Part shown: positions 9,560 through 19,583 of the stretch, piece after piece
Layout: each line of letters opens with the position of its first letter
Position numbering within the stretch: position 1 is the first letter of the stretch
Assembly: GCA_018650285.1 (NCBI GenBank)
Contig: JABIGF010000014.1
Span: 683 to 64,682, forward strand
Length of the DNA: 64,000 nucleotides
Direction of reading: 5' to 3'
From: Methanobacteriota archaeon
GTDB lineage: Archaea; Thermoplasmatota; Poseidoniia; Poseidoniales; Thalassarchaeaceae
Notes under the pieces: model-generated
Databases searched by the model: none
The model's input: the letters and a program-made list of their open reading frames with translations, nothing else
What the model was told of the DNA's origin: nothing
Program-made: the position numbers and the translations under genes

Positions 9560-12500
9560 TCAGTCAAGGCGGCGGAAAGAACCGCCATCTTCCATTTGCC
9601 ACTTCACACCATCTGCTTGCTTGTAAATAGTCACTCCATCAGCCTGTTCATAGTCTCCGCCACTTGGTAGATTCAGATATGATTCAATAACTTGCCCCCG
9701 GCTAATTGTTGAATCGACTTCACTGTCCGATGATGGTTCGGCCGTTATTTCTTCATCAACTATTTCCCCACCATCATTATTCTCAACTATTGATGGATGA
9801 ATATATGCAGCTTCAACGGATTCAATATCTGAATCAGATGTTTCACCAAATAACGATTCTTCATTATATTCTCCAATAATTGGCACCTTGCGATCACGTA
9901 ATGAGAACAATAAGGTGATAGCTCCGATACCAACTAATAACAGTGCCAAAGCAGAAATTATCCACACAATTGGGCTCTTCCCTGCAACATCTGCATTTGC
10001 ATCATCTTGTGGGTCTTTCTCGTCATCATCAACTACTCCATCAGTTGCGAACCTTGGAGATAGGAGAACTGCATTTGTTTCCCAGCCACCTATTGAGTTA
10101 TTACCCGATGCTATTACCTCTTCAAATCCGATTGAAAGGGAATGAATACCCGATATTGAGTCGCTCTCTTCCACATTACAATAGAATTCAGCCCTGCCAG
10201 CAGGCGTTACCTCTGTTACAGAAGAAGTGCAAACAAACGGCCCAACCGTAGAGTTTGGTGATAATTGAACAAATCCATTAGCTCCCCCACTATTTGTCAC
10301 CGCACAATTGACGAAATGTGTTGAGGTTGTTAAATTACCAATACCTCCATTATATGCGATGCCTATTTGTGTTATTTCTTCATCAAAATAACTGCACGAA
10401 ATATGCCATTCTGGCGCTGGTGGAGGCGTTGCAAAAACCTCCAATGAATCACTGCTTGAAGGAACCACCCAATCAGAAGTTGAAAGAGTCATTGAAATGG
10501 TATGTGCACCAATTGAAGGAATGTCAATTAGATAATTACCAGCCCCACCTGTTGGATAAATTACCTCAATAATTTCTCCATCTAATGATACCTCTAGTTG
10601 CATTGAACAACCAATTGAACACATTGCATCGTATGATACTTCAAACATTCCAGGATGCAAAGTAGTTGGAACAGGTGTCTGAATTGCAAATGTCAAAACC
10701 CCATCAGGTGGCAAGAGAGACATTGTTGCATCTGGCCCGGAAACAAAATCTGGTGCTATGTTCCCATACTCATCAACAACCTCAATCTCGAAATCGTATA
10801 CCCCTGGAGATAATGATGATGTATCAAGTAAATGAGTTCCTCCAAAGAGTGGTGAATAAGATGAACGCGCCCCCCTTATTCCATGAAGCATCGCTTCAGC
10901 CAAAGCATGATGGCCTGCATCTGTGAAATAGCCATTCTCATCTTTCCATTCTGGAGATGTAGGGCCATCATCGGATAGAGGAATAAGTGTCACCCAAGGC
11001 CTTGTTGCGGCAATATCATAGATGACCTTATTTTTCTCTTGGTTTACCTGATATGCTCCATAAGTATGACATCCTGCTGGGCCTGAATTAATGTGGCATA
11101 CATAGTCAGGATCCAAATGTACCACACCAATGTAAATCTGAGCGCCGGTTGATACTAAATTATCAAGTAAGATTGGATACGATGTTTGCCAAACACTTGT
11201 TGATGACGATGAATAATCACGCAATGGAATTAATGTAATGATATCGGGATTTGCTGCAATAATATCATCCTTCTTAGCAATGAAATCTTGAACTGCACCC
11301 CATGAATTTGAAATGTTTGTCAATTCAACTCCAGGCCATGTTTGATTGAGATGATTATGAATCAAACCAATTGTGCTATTATTTGCATTACTAGCCCCTA
11401 AGCCCATTGTTTCAGTTGAGCCAAGAGCAACGTACGAAGAGACGGCTTGAGAATCATTAGCAATGGTTTTTGAAAGTGAGGTTGTCAAAGAATAATCATT
11501 CGGCCCACTAACATGTAATGTTGCCGAAGAGTTGTCTGCCAAAGTAGCAAGCCACTCACCATATACTGCCCATGATTGGCTCGCAGTAGGATTGTTTGTG
11601 ACCTGTAAATTCCTCTCAGAAGGTGCCGTACTATCTATCAAATGAATCATATTTATTTCTGGTTCCGACCAGTTCCCTTCATTTTGATTGATGTCAATAG
11701 CGCGGAAAAGAATATCCCACCAACCAGATTCAGCAGAAGTTAGTGAAACTTTACCCATGTATAATTTTGAAACCTCGTCGTATGAAAGTTGAGTTACAAA
11801 TTCTTCCTCGGAATCAGATGGATTAATGATGTAAGCAAATACATCTAAATCCGTTCTCTCCTCAAGTGCAGATGCTGCGAATGTAATTTCTGTCCCAGCC
11901 TCTACTTCACAAATGGCTACAACTACTGTTTCACAACCACTTACTTGCATAGTTTCAAGTTCTGGGAATACAGGCTTCAGAATTAATGCCTCATACCATG
12001 CACTCACGCCTGAAGGATTACGTACGTTTCCAGCTGCATCCTCCATCCATAACCAAAGAGCCATTGAATCACCATATTCTGATGAATGTTGTCCAGTATC
12101 ATAAAAGCCAACATAGACATTGTGTAAAGTATCCCAAGACATTGTTGCTGTTGAGGCTGGAGGCCATGAAGAAATTACACTTAATCCCTCCATATACCAA
12201 TCAATTGTAGCATCAGATTCATTGCCTAATACGCTGACACGAATTTCGACAAGATCACCAACTCTAGCGTATGTGATTGGTGCGCCATCAACATAGAACG
12301 AAATATCACTAACTTCTGGTATGATGTCATCAATGAAATTAATCCATAAATCACTGAGTTCAATCCCATGGACATCTAAAGCAGAACCGCTAGATATCAC
12401 AGGGAATGTTGCAAAACTCGCTTCTGCCCATCGCCCACTAGTGACATTTACATGCTCATTTATAGACGCCAAAATGCTTCCATTCCCACCTAATCTTTCT

Positions 12501-15373
12501 GTTAATCTATACGGGATAATGACAAAATCTGAGTTGAAAGAACCCATCCAACCACCCGGTGCTGAACAACGAACTTCTAAATTACTCCAAGCAATTCCTG
12601 CTGAACCGTTTGTAGTGAAAGGAACCGTTGGCCAATGCATTTGAAGGAATGAATAATTCAATTCAATCGTTATTCCAATACTAGGGATTTCTGAACTATT
12701 AATAGTCAACAAATTTGTCCCATTAACTCTGAAATCAATATCAGTATCCGAAAAGAACATCGGAGGGATGACATGAATCCAAGCAGAACCTACAGGAGTT
12801 GCATTTGTTGGCACAAATGACCGTAATACGGTTGACCCTGGTGAAGCAATTGAGGTGACATTTCTAACTACACCAAAATCCTTCTGGAAATACCAAAATT
12901 CATTACTACCTGTGGTGTTAGCAATTGCAAGGGAAAAATCGTCAATAGAATTCCAATTAGATGCATTAATATTGATTGATGATACTGTCGGTGTCGTTGT
13001 ATTATTAGTTGTTGAAAGCCACATATTGAATTGTAATAATGCGAATGCTGGCAATACATCCCCTGATAAATTGAATGATAACCACGGTGACCAATTCGAA
13101 CCATCTAGAGAGTATTTGTAAGTCGCAATAATGGATGTATTCAAAGGTTCATTATGAGGTACAGAAACCTTCACTTCAACAGACTTCAGACCAACTTGGC
13201 CAAAGACTGGGCTAGTGAAATTACCATTGTAAATATAGGATACTGAACCTGTCCAACCAGCAAAAGTCCCTGGTCCTGAAAAGCCATTTGAACCTGCAGT
13301 CCCTACTGAACCTGCAACACCTGTACCATAAGGTGCACCACCCAAACCACCGCCACCACCGGCTACACTGATTGCGCCATTGTTAGTCAATTGGCCTGCC
13401 ATTGAAATTAGTAGTATTATTCCACCAGCGCCGCCGCCACCTCCGTGACCGCCATCATACATGAAAAGACATGGATTTCCTGGTGCGCAATTTCCATCTT
13501 CACCATCACCTCCATCTCCACCTTCTGCACTCAAAACCGCATTGCCACCAATGTAAATGATATTTGATAACAAAGCGATAGAACCGCCGCTACCGCCTCC
13601 AGCACCACTGCCACCAGGGCCACTACCACCAGGAGGTGTTGCACCATTGTCACCGCGGCCACCATTTGCAGAAAGTGTACCATTCAAGTAAATTTCACGC
13701 GCAAATAATTCAATGACACCACCGCCATATCCGCCATTAGCATCATTACTTGTTTGACCATTTGAATTAGTAAAAGTAACATTTCCTCCAGAAGAGCCGG
13801 GTTCGGAACCATTTCCGTAATTAGTTCCCCCTGAACCGCCATTTGTGCCACCACCAGAACCACCTTGGGCGCCATGACCTCCACCGCCAGCACCTGGACT
13901 CTTACCGTTAGTGCCACGAGATGTTGAACTTCCTGAACCATAATTCCCTAATACCATCTCATCAGCAATAATAGCAGTACCCAATTCTATTTTGATTACA
14001 TTAGCATAAATTCGCAACGGCCCACCTGAAGATGTTATTTCGCCACAACTTGCAATCCCACATAACAGATGAAGAGTATCATAAGAATGGTTTCCACTCA
14101 TTGATACAGGAGAGGAAATTACAGTATTATTTGTGCCAGCATTGGGGACACTACCGCCACCTGAATTGTTAAGGCGTAATTGATTAGATGTGTCAACTGT
14201 TGTTCCAATCATTGTTGAATTCGGAGCCATTAATTGCATACCATTGGTTGTGTTTGACCACATTTGCAATCCTGATGCAGTGACATTCATCTCGGCCTCA
14301 TCTATGCGTTGTCCTGGCCGATTAGTGATCTCTGTTGACTCATTAAGAGCAGGGTGCAAAATAACTGATGGATCACCATTTGAAAAGGTGGTTGAACTAG
14401 TTGGTGGGGCTCGCATCCATGGATAGTAAATATACGAAGTTTCATTGAATACTGTTGCTGCTGCTGCCTCTTGCAAATACATTGCAAAGGATGCTGAAAT
14501 ACCATTTGGTCGCGTATTCCCTACTGGTGAATCACCCGTAATGGTAGCATGTAATACACAAGTAGTGAGATAACTGCCGTATATTGATGGATGACTACCA
14601 TCAGATGTGTATAGATTGGAGAAAGAATTTCCAGCATTTTCAGGGGTGATACCTGCTGCCAATACATCATTGTATACATGTTTGAAAGCTTCTCCAGCAG
14701 GAGCAATCCAAGCAGGCCTATTCGCTGTTGATACATTTTCTGAATAGAGACGATATCCAGAATTTAAATTCGCCTGCATTGTAAGGAAATCAGGATTTCG
14801 AAAAGCGTTTTGAGAATCACCATCTTTTCTCCCCCAAGTCATCAAGAATATTGTCTCAGCACCACCTGCTGCAACCATTCCATCAAGCACTATTGCGCCA
14901 TTCTTACTCGCCTGCCAATACTGATTACTAGTTGGAAAACTTGGAACTTGACTTTGGTCTTGTAAGACCACCCAGTCCCATTGACCATTGTTAAGAGTCG
15001 TATTCCATTGATGGCCGGCAGTTTGTGCATCTGATGCATGGCCATCTAATTTCATCCCACCAGAAGTTAGACTCTGCACATTTGCTGAATTATCATATTC
15101 TCTCAATGAATCTTGAACCAAAGAGGCTAGATTGTTGGCGGAAGTGTAAGAATTACCAAGAAGCAACACCTCATAACCTTGATTTGCTGAAGAAGGTGAT
15201 TGCATATCTTCATCTAGGTATTCTTCAAACTGACCAATGATGCTCAGAAGAGGTACAAGGACAGTACTGATTATCATCAGCCCAGCAATCAATAGAGCCT
15301 GTTTCGGCTTCACTTGGGCCTTGAGGTCCAACCGCTGCGCCATATCCAAACTAATTGCCGCATCCTTGCTCAT
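9560..15373 (-). CDS. giant (1937 aa) cell-surface protein with SGNH/DUF4886-like regions, a Gly-rich beta-helix-like region, C-terminal TM anchor and a roughly 107-aa acidic cytoplasmic tail
   Basis: One uninterrupted 5.8-kb ORF. N-terminal TM ALLIAGLMIISTVLVPLLSII. GDSL-like block LLLGNSYTSANNL and a later block DENGYFTDAGHHALAEAM. Gly-rich region at residues ~476-706. C-terminal TM IVWIISALALLLVGIGAITLLF followed by SLRDRK and an acidic tail. Confidence 0.85.
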   Translation of the reverse strand: MSKDAAISLDMAQRLDLKAQVKPKQALLIAGLMIISTVLVPLLSIIGQFEEYLDEDMQSPSSANQGYEVLLLGNSYTSANNLASLVQDSLREYDNSANVQSLTSGGMKLDGHASDAQTAGHQWNTTLNNGQWDWVVLQDQSQVPSFPTSNQYWQASKNGAIVLDGMVAAGGAETIFLMTWGRKDGDSQNAFRNPDFLTMQANLNSGYRLYSENVSTANRPAWIAPAGEAFKHVYNDVLAAGITPENAGNSFSNLYTSDGSHPSIYGSYLTTCVLHATITGDSPVGNTRPNGISASFAMYLQEAAAATVFNETSYIYYPWMRAPPTSSTTFSNGDPSVILHPALNESTEITNRPGQRIDEAEMNVTASGLQMWSNTTNGMQLMAPNSTMIGTTVDTSNQLRLNNSGGGSVPNAGTNNTVISSPVSMSGNHSYDTLHLLCGIASCGEITSSGGPLRIYANVIKIELGTAIIADEMVLGNYGSGSSTSRGTNGKSPGAGGGGHGAQGGSGGGTNGGSGGTNYGNGSEPGSSGGNVTFTNSNGQTSNDANGGYGGGVIELFAREIYLNGTLSANGGRGDNGATPPGGSGPGGSGAGGGSGGSIALLSNIIYIGGNAVLSAEGGDGGDGEDGNCAPGNPCLFMYDGGHGGGGGAGGIILLISMAGQLTNNGAISVAGGGGGLGGAPYGTGVAGSVGTAGSNGFSGPGTFAGWTGSVSYIYNGNFTSPVFGQVGLKSVEVKVSVPHNEPLNTSIIATYKYSLDGSNWSPWLSFNLSGDVLPAFALLQFNMWLSTTNNTTTPTVSSININASNWNSIDDFSLAIANTTGSNEFWYFQKDFGVVRNVTSIASPGSTVLRSFVPTNATPVGSAWIHVIPPMFFSDTDIDFRVNGTNLLTINSSEIPSIGITIELNYSFLQMHWPTVPFTTNGSAGIAWSNLEVRCSAPGGWMGSFNSDFVIIPYRLTERLGGNGSILASINEHVNVTSGRWAEASFATFPVISSGSALDVHGIELSDLWINFIDDIIPEVSDISFYVDGAPITYARVGDLVEIRVSVLGNESDATIDWYMEGLSVISSWPPASTATMSWDTLHNVYVGFYDTGQHSSEYGDSMALWLWMEDAAGNVRNPSGVSAWYEALILKPVFPELETMQVSGCETVVVAICEVEAGTEITFAASALEERTDLDVFAYIINPSDSEEEFVTQLSYDEVSKLYMGKVSLTSAESGWWDILFRAIDINQNEGNWSEPEINMIHLIDSTAPSERNLQVTNNPTASQSWAVYGEWLATLADNSSATLHVSGPNDYSLTTSLSKTIANDSQAVSSYVALGSTETMGLGASNANNSTIGLIHNHLNQTWPGVELTNISNSWGAVQDFIAKKDDIIAANPDIITLIPLRDYSSSSTSVWQTSYPILLDNLVSTGAQIYIGVVHLDPDYVCHINSGPAGCHTYGAYQVNQEKNKVIYDIAATRPWVTLIPLSDDGPTSPEWKDENGYFTDAGHHALAEAMLHGIRGARSSYSPLFGGTHLLDTSSLSPGVYDFEIEVVDEYGNIAPDFVSGPDATMSLLPPDGVLTFAIQTPVPTTLHPGMFEVSYDAMCSIGCSMQLEVSLDGEIIEVIYPTGGAGNYLIDIPSIGAHTISMTLSTSDWVVPSSSDSLEVFATPPPAPEWHISCSYFDEEITQIGIAYNGGIGNLTTSTHFVNCAVTNSGGANGFVQLSPNSTVGPFVCTSSVTEVTPAGRAEFYCNVEESDSISGIHSLSIGFEEVIASGNNSIGGWETNAVLLSPRFATDGVVDDDEKDPQDDANADVAGKSPIVWIISALALLLVGIGAITLLFSLRDRKVPIIGEYNEESLFGETSDSDIESVEAAYIHPSIVENNDGGEIVDEEITAEPSSDSEVDSTISRGQVIESYLNLPSGGDYEQADGVTIYKQADGVKWQMEDGGSFRRLD

Positions 15374-15476
15374 GCACCCGCTACTAAATACATGCTTAAT
15401 GTAGCAGTTGGTTGATTGATTAGGTCAAAATATTCAATAAAACGGCAAAATTTAATGAATATGAATGGTTATCATT

Positions 15477-18152
15477 TCAAACAAGGTTTCGTAATACCGT
15501 TTGAAGAATACCACCATTGTTGTAATAATCAACTTCAACAGGAGTATCCAAACGAATAATTGTATCAAATTCAACTGTCTCCCCGTTACTCTTGTGAGCG
15601 GTTACGTTAATTGTGCTCAACGGCGTCATTTCTCCATGTGCAGGAATATCGAAAGTCTCGCTCCCGTCTAACCCAAGTGTCTCTGCATCTTCACCTGGTT
15701 TGAAAGTCAATGGAAGAACACCCATGCCAACTAAATTGGAACGGTGAATCCTTTCAAACGATGTTGAAATTACTGCTCTTACGCCAAGAAGATAAGTCCC
15801 TTTTGCCGCCCAATCACGACTGCTACCAGTGCCATACTGTGAACCAGCAAGCACGACTAGAGGGATACCCGCCTCTTGGTATTTCATACTCGCATCAAAG
15901 ACTGACATTACCTCACCGCTTGGGTAATGAGTTGTTACCCCACCCTCTGTACCGGGTGCTGTTTTATTGCGAATCCTAACATTAGCAAAAGTGCCTCGCA
16001 TCATTACTTCATGATTACCACGACGACTACCAAATGAGTTGAAATCACCCACCTCAACACCATGCTCTGTGAGATACTTTCCTGCTGGGCCATCCTTAGG
16101 GAACGCCCCTGCTGGTGAGATGTGGTCTGTGGTTGTAGAGTCACCCAGCATTAACAATACATTGGCGCCCACAATTTCTTCCACAGGCGCTGGCTTTGGA
16201 GTGATTCCTTCAAAGAAAGATGGTAATCGAATATATGTTGAATCATCTTGCCAATCGTAAAGGTCACTGCGCTCACTAGGTATTGAATTCCAGCGCGGTT
16301 CATCGGTTGCATCGGAATACCTCTCTCTAAACATTTCAGGATTTATTGAATCTGAAACTGTTGCTCGCACCTCTTCATCAGAAGGCCAAATATCAGCAAG
16401 GAACACATCGTTTCCATCCGAATCCTGACCAATTGCATCATTTTCTAAATCAATGTTCAGAGTGCCTGCCAAAGCATACGCGACTACTAGTGGGGGGCTA
16501 CCAAGATAACTGCCTTTCACTTTTTGATGGACACGCCCTTCGAAATTCCTATTTCCTGAAATTACACTTCCAACGATTAAATTTCCTTCATCTATTGCCG
16601 CCTCAATATTTGCAGCCAAAGGGCCTGAATTACCGATACAAGTTGTACAACCATATCCGACTGTATTGAATCCAAGAGCTGCCAAATCGCCATCAAGCCC
16701 AGCCGCCTCATAATATGAGGTTACCACTCTACTTCCCGGCGCCAAACTTGGTTTAACCCAAGGCTTGATTTTCATACCCTTTGCATGTGCATTTCTCGCC
16801 ACTAATCCTGCCGCTAACATTACAGATGGATTGGAAGTATTGGTACACGAAGTAATTGCAGCAATAACCACATCACCATGTTGCAAACAATAATCCTCGT
16901 CTTCAACTGCTATTTTTGCGCTTACAGCATCGGCCTCAAGACCATGCCCCTGATGGCCAACTGGGGCTGTCAAACTGTTAATCCAATGAGATTGCATATC
17001 TGAAAGATTTACACGGTCTTGCGGTCGCTTTGGACCAGCCAAAGCAGGCTCCACATCTGCCAAATCAAGTGAGAGAAGTGAGGTGAATTTTGGTGTATCT
17101 GAATCGTCTGTCAAGAACATACCTTGAGCACTCAAAAAACGCTTAACATTCTCAACATGTTCTTCATCTCGGCCAGAAAGACGCATGTAATCAAGTGCAG
17201 ATTCATCAACAGGGAAAAAGCCGCAAGTCGCACCATATTCTGGTGCCATATTTGCAATTGTAGCGCGGTCTGGTAGAGTCAAATTTGAAAGGCCACTACC
17301 AAAAAATTCTACGAATTTTCCAACCACGCCGTGCTCACGCAATAACTCAACAATAAGCAAAGTCATGTCAGTCGCCGTCACTCCAGGCTTCAAAGAGCCC
17401 TTTAATTCAAAACCAACAACTTCGGGCAAGAGCATGTAAATCGGCTGACCAAGCATTACCGCTTCAGCCTCAATTCCACCTACGCCCCAACCTAGAACAC
17501 CAAGACCGTTAATCATCGTTGTATGGGAGTCGGTGCCTACTAGTGAGTCGTTTAGCCATACTCCATTCTCTTCACGTGCGACACTAGCAAGCCACTCTAG
17601 GTTCACTTGATGGACAATACCCCTTCCCGGAGGAACGGCGCGAAAATTGTCTAGACTTTGTTGACCCCACTTGAGGAATTGATATCTCTCCATGTTTCGG
17701 CGATATTCAATTTCCATATTCATTTCACGAGCATCCTCAAAGAGTCCTGAAATGTCAACTTGCACTGAATGATCAATTACCAAGTCTACCGGAACTTGTG
17801 GGTTGACTTTCTTTGGGTCGCCACCCAATTCAACCATCGCATCACGTAAAGCAGCGATATCAACAACTGCTGGAACACCAGTGAAATCTTGTAAGATTAC
17901 GCGACTAGGCATAAATGGGATTTCAACCGGTTCCATGGTTGGATTCCAATTAGCAATTCGGCTAACATCTTGGTCTGTAACAAGAAAACCATCGGCTTTT
18001 CGAAGTGCTGCTTCCAACAATACTCTAATTGAATAAGGGAGGTCAGAAAGAGAGATATCCCACATTGATTCCATGGCCGGCAATGAATAGAATTTGCCGC
18101 TACTTCCATCGCTCAACTCGAATTCACGGACTGCGTTCATCATCATCCCCAA
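15477..18152 (-). CDS. acnA: aconitate hydratase (AcnA/IRP type)
   Basis: 891 aa. Fe-S ligand motifs [13 protein letters not shown] and [10 protein letters not shown], plus the swivel-domain motif [10 protein letters not shown]. Colinear with AcnA throughout. Confidence 0.95.
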   Translation of the reverse strand: MGMMMNAVREFELSDGSSGKFYSLPAMESMWDISLSDLPYSIRVLLEAALRKADGFLVTDQDVSRIANWNPTMEPVEIPFMPSRVILQDFTGVPAVVDIAALRDAMVELGGDPKKVNPQVPVDLVIDHSVQVDISGLFEDAREMNMEIEYRRNMERYQFLKWGQQSLDNFRAVPPGRGIVHQVNLEWLASVAREENGVWLNDSLVGTDSHTTMINGLGVLGWGVGGIEAEAVMLGQPIYMLLPEVVGFELKGSLKPGVTATDMTLLIVELLREHGVVGKFVEFFGSGLSNLTLPDRATIANMAPEYGATCGFFPVDESALDYMRLSGRDEEHVENVKRFLSAQGMFLTDDSDTPKFTSLLSLDLADVEPALAGPKRPQDRVNLSDMQSHWINSLTAPVGHQGHGLEADAVSAKIAVEDEDYCLQHGDVVIAAITSCTNTSNPSVMLAAGLVARNAHAKGMKIKPWVKPSLAPGSRVVTSYYEAAGLDGDLAALGFNTVGYGCTTCIGNSGPLAANIEAAIDEGNLIVGSVISGNRNFEGRVHQKVKGSYLGSPPLVVAYALAGTLNIDLENDAIGQDSDGNDVFLADIWPSDEEVRATVSDSINPEMFRERYSDATDEPRWNSIPSERSDLYDWQDDSTYIRLPSFFEGITPKPAPVEEIVGANVLLMLGDSTTTDHISPAGAFPKDGPAGKYLTEHGVEVGDFNSFGSRRGNHEVMMRGTFANVRIRNKTAPGTEGGVTTHYPSGEVMSVFDASMKYQEAGIPLVVLAGSQYGTGSSRDWAAKGTYLLGVRAVISTSFERIHRSNLVGMGVLPLTFKPGEDAETLGLDGSETFDIPAHGEMTPLSTINVTAHKSNGETVEFDTIIRLDTPVEVDYYNNGGILQTVLRNLV

Positions 18153-18262
18153 TGCGACGGGGAAGGGTGAGCACTTTCAACATCACGCCCTAAAGAACTG
18201 TGTTAATACAGGCTAATACCAAAGGGCATTAAGCACAATAGTGCTTCCAAATCTTCCTATAT

Positions 18263-19333
18263 CTAAGGTAGAATTAGATGCATGTAAGCCACATCACCAT
18301 CAATTTCTATACTGTGAATGTAAGGAGGATTCAACGGCTTATTTTGTTCATCTGTTGTAACAATGCTGATTTTATCAATCAATTCAATTCCGCCAATTGA
18401 ACTGCCAAGATATGTGCTATCATCATTAGCCATTCCAAAGACTGTGTGTGCTCCATTAAGATGAGAGGGTGTGCTGTCTTTATCGACAAGGTAGAACTGG
18501 CTACCTCCTGTGTTAGGACCCGAATTTGCCATTGAGAGAGCGCCCGGTACATGGCAAGCTCCAACCCATTGACCTGACCCTTCAGGAGTTTCTATACAAC
18601 TAAACTCGTCTGGCATACTCCATGTAGTCATGTCAGTTTGGTCACCTTGACCATACCAAATTGCAGAATAGCCACCAGTACCAGCACCTCCGCCGGTCAA
18701 TGGATAAGCACCATTCTCAATGTCGCCGCCTTGAACCATGAATCCGTCAATAACTCTGTGGAATGCAATCCCATCATATCGGCCATTGCGAGCGTGGTCC
18801 TTGAATGAATCAACAGTCTTTGGTGCTGCTTCGGGATAGAGTTCGATGGCAATCGTTGCGTCCCAATCATCAGATGATTCTGAAGTTAGATGAAGGGCGG
18901 CCTTGATTTCTGGCATATATTTGATACTAGTCAACAGCAACATTCCAACAACAAGAATCGCCACCATACCATATATGGTAGGAGTGCCATCATCGATTAA
19001 TATTGGAAGCGATGAAGTACGTATTCCTAAACCATCCATCTTTGCTTGGATAGCGTTTGAAGCACGACGAGCGTTTCGGTGTTTAGGGTCCTTCTTTAGA
19101 GCGCTCTGGTATGCTTTATTTGCATCTCTCAACATCTTTCTGTTAACCGGCTCTGCAGCTTCAGCCAATGCTTGCTTTGCATCGCCGACCAAAGTCCAAG
19201 TGTTTGCGTGGTCGGCTTTATCGCCATGCTCAGACCAAGCACTCCTCAAAGTTTTCAATGCATCATCGTATTCACTAGCGTCAATCTGCTTCTCAGCGGC
19301 CTCCCATGCATCTTTCAAGCCGGATGGAATCAT
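18263..19333 (-). CDS. membrane-anchored cyclophilin-type peptidyl-prolyl cis-trans isomerase
   Basis: The C-terminal domain carries cyclophilin signatures FHRVIDGFMVQGGD and GALSMANSGPNTGGSQFYL. A single TM (IYGMVAILVVGMLLLTSI) separates it from a ~115-aa helical N-terminal region. Confidence 0.9.
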   Translation of the reverse strand: MIPSGLKDAWEAAEKQIDASEYDDALKTLRSAWSEHGDKADHANTWTLVGDAKQALAEAAEPVNRKMLRDANKAYQSALKKDPKHRNARRASNAIQAKMDGLGIRTSSLPILIDDGTPTIYGMVAILVVGMLLLTSIKYMPEIKAALHLTSESSDDWDATIAIELYPEAAPKTVDSFKDHARNGRYDGIAFHRVIDGFMVQGGDIENGAYPLTGGGAGTGGYSAIWYGQGDQTDMTTWSMPDEFSCIETPEGSGQWVGACHVPGALSMANSGPNTGGSQFYLVDKDSTPSHLNGAHTVFGMANDDSTYLGSSIGGIELIDKISIVTTDEQNKPLNPPYIHSIEIDGDVAYMHLILP

Positions 19334-19440
19334 GAACCGCCGACAAGCGTCTCATTGATGAAACCCACGCTCCCAAGAAAGAGAGAAAGTACCATGAAAA
19401 AAAACTCAAATATTCACTTTTTAGGCTATTTATCACACCT

Positions 19441-19466
19441 TTTATTGAAAATAAATAAAAAATAGA
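19441..19466 (+). promoter_or_regulatory. AT-rich TATA-like promoter candidate for korAB
   Basis: tttaTTGAAAATaaataaaaaatag lies in the divergent intergenic region. It resembles the TTGAWATA box seen upstream of both tRNAs and radA. It sits ~130 nt upstream of the korA ATG. Confidence 0.3.
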
Positions 19467-19503
19467 TTTATCGTTCAAAGAATTGAACTAAGCAAAATAT
19501 GAA

Positions 19504-19575
19504 GAGTCTCGTGCCACGCCCGAAAGCGCAAGGGAGAGGTTACTGTCCGTAGGACAAACCCGACAAAGGGGACTC
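19504..19575 (+). promoter_or_regulatory. structured 5' leader element upstream of korA
   Basis: A 7-bp closing helix GAGTCTC (19504-19510) / GGGACTC (19569-19575, one G:U) encloses the local hairpins CGC-CCGAAA-GCG and TGTCC-GTA-GGACA. The 3' arm overlaps the purine tract AAAGGGGA, which is the only SD-like sequence before the ATG at 19584. Confidence 0.3.
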
Positions 19576-19583
19576 AGAACAAG

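Noticed and set aside
13256-13948. The repetitive GGN-rich DNA could be mistaken for a tandem repeat or CRISPR-like array.
   Set aside because: The repeats are imperfect and have no constant repeat-spacer periodicity. They lie in frame within a 5.8-kb ORF and translate into a coherent Gly-rich protein region. ORF 13684..13941 is an alternate-frame shadow of this tract.
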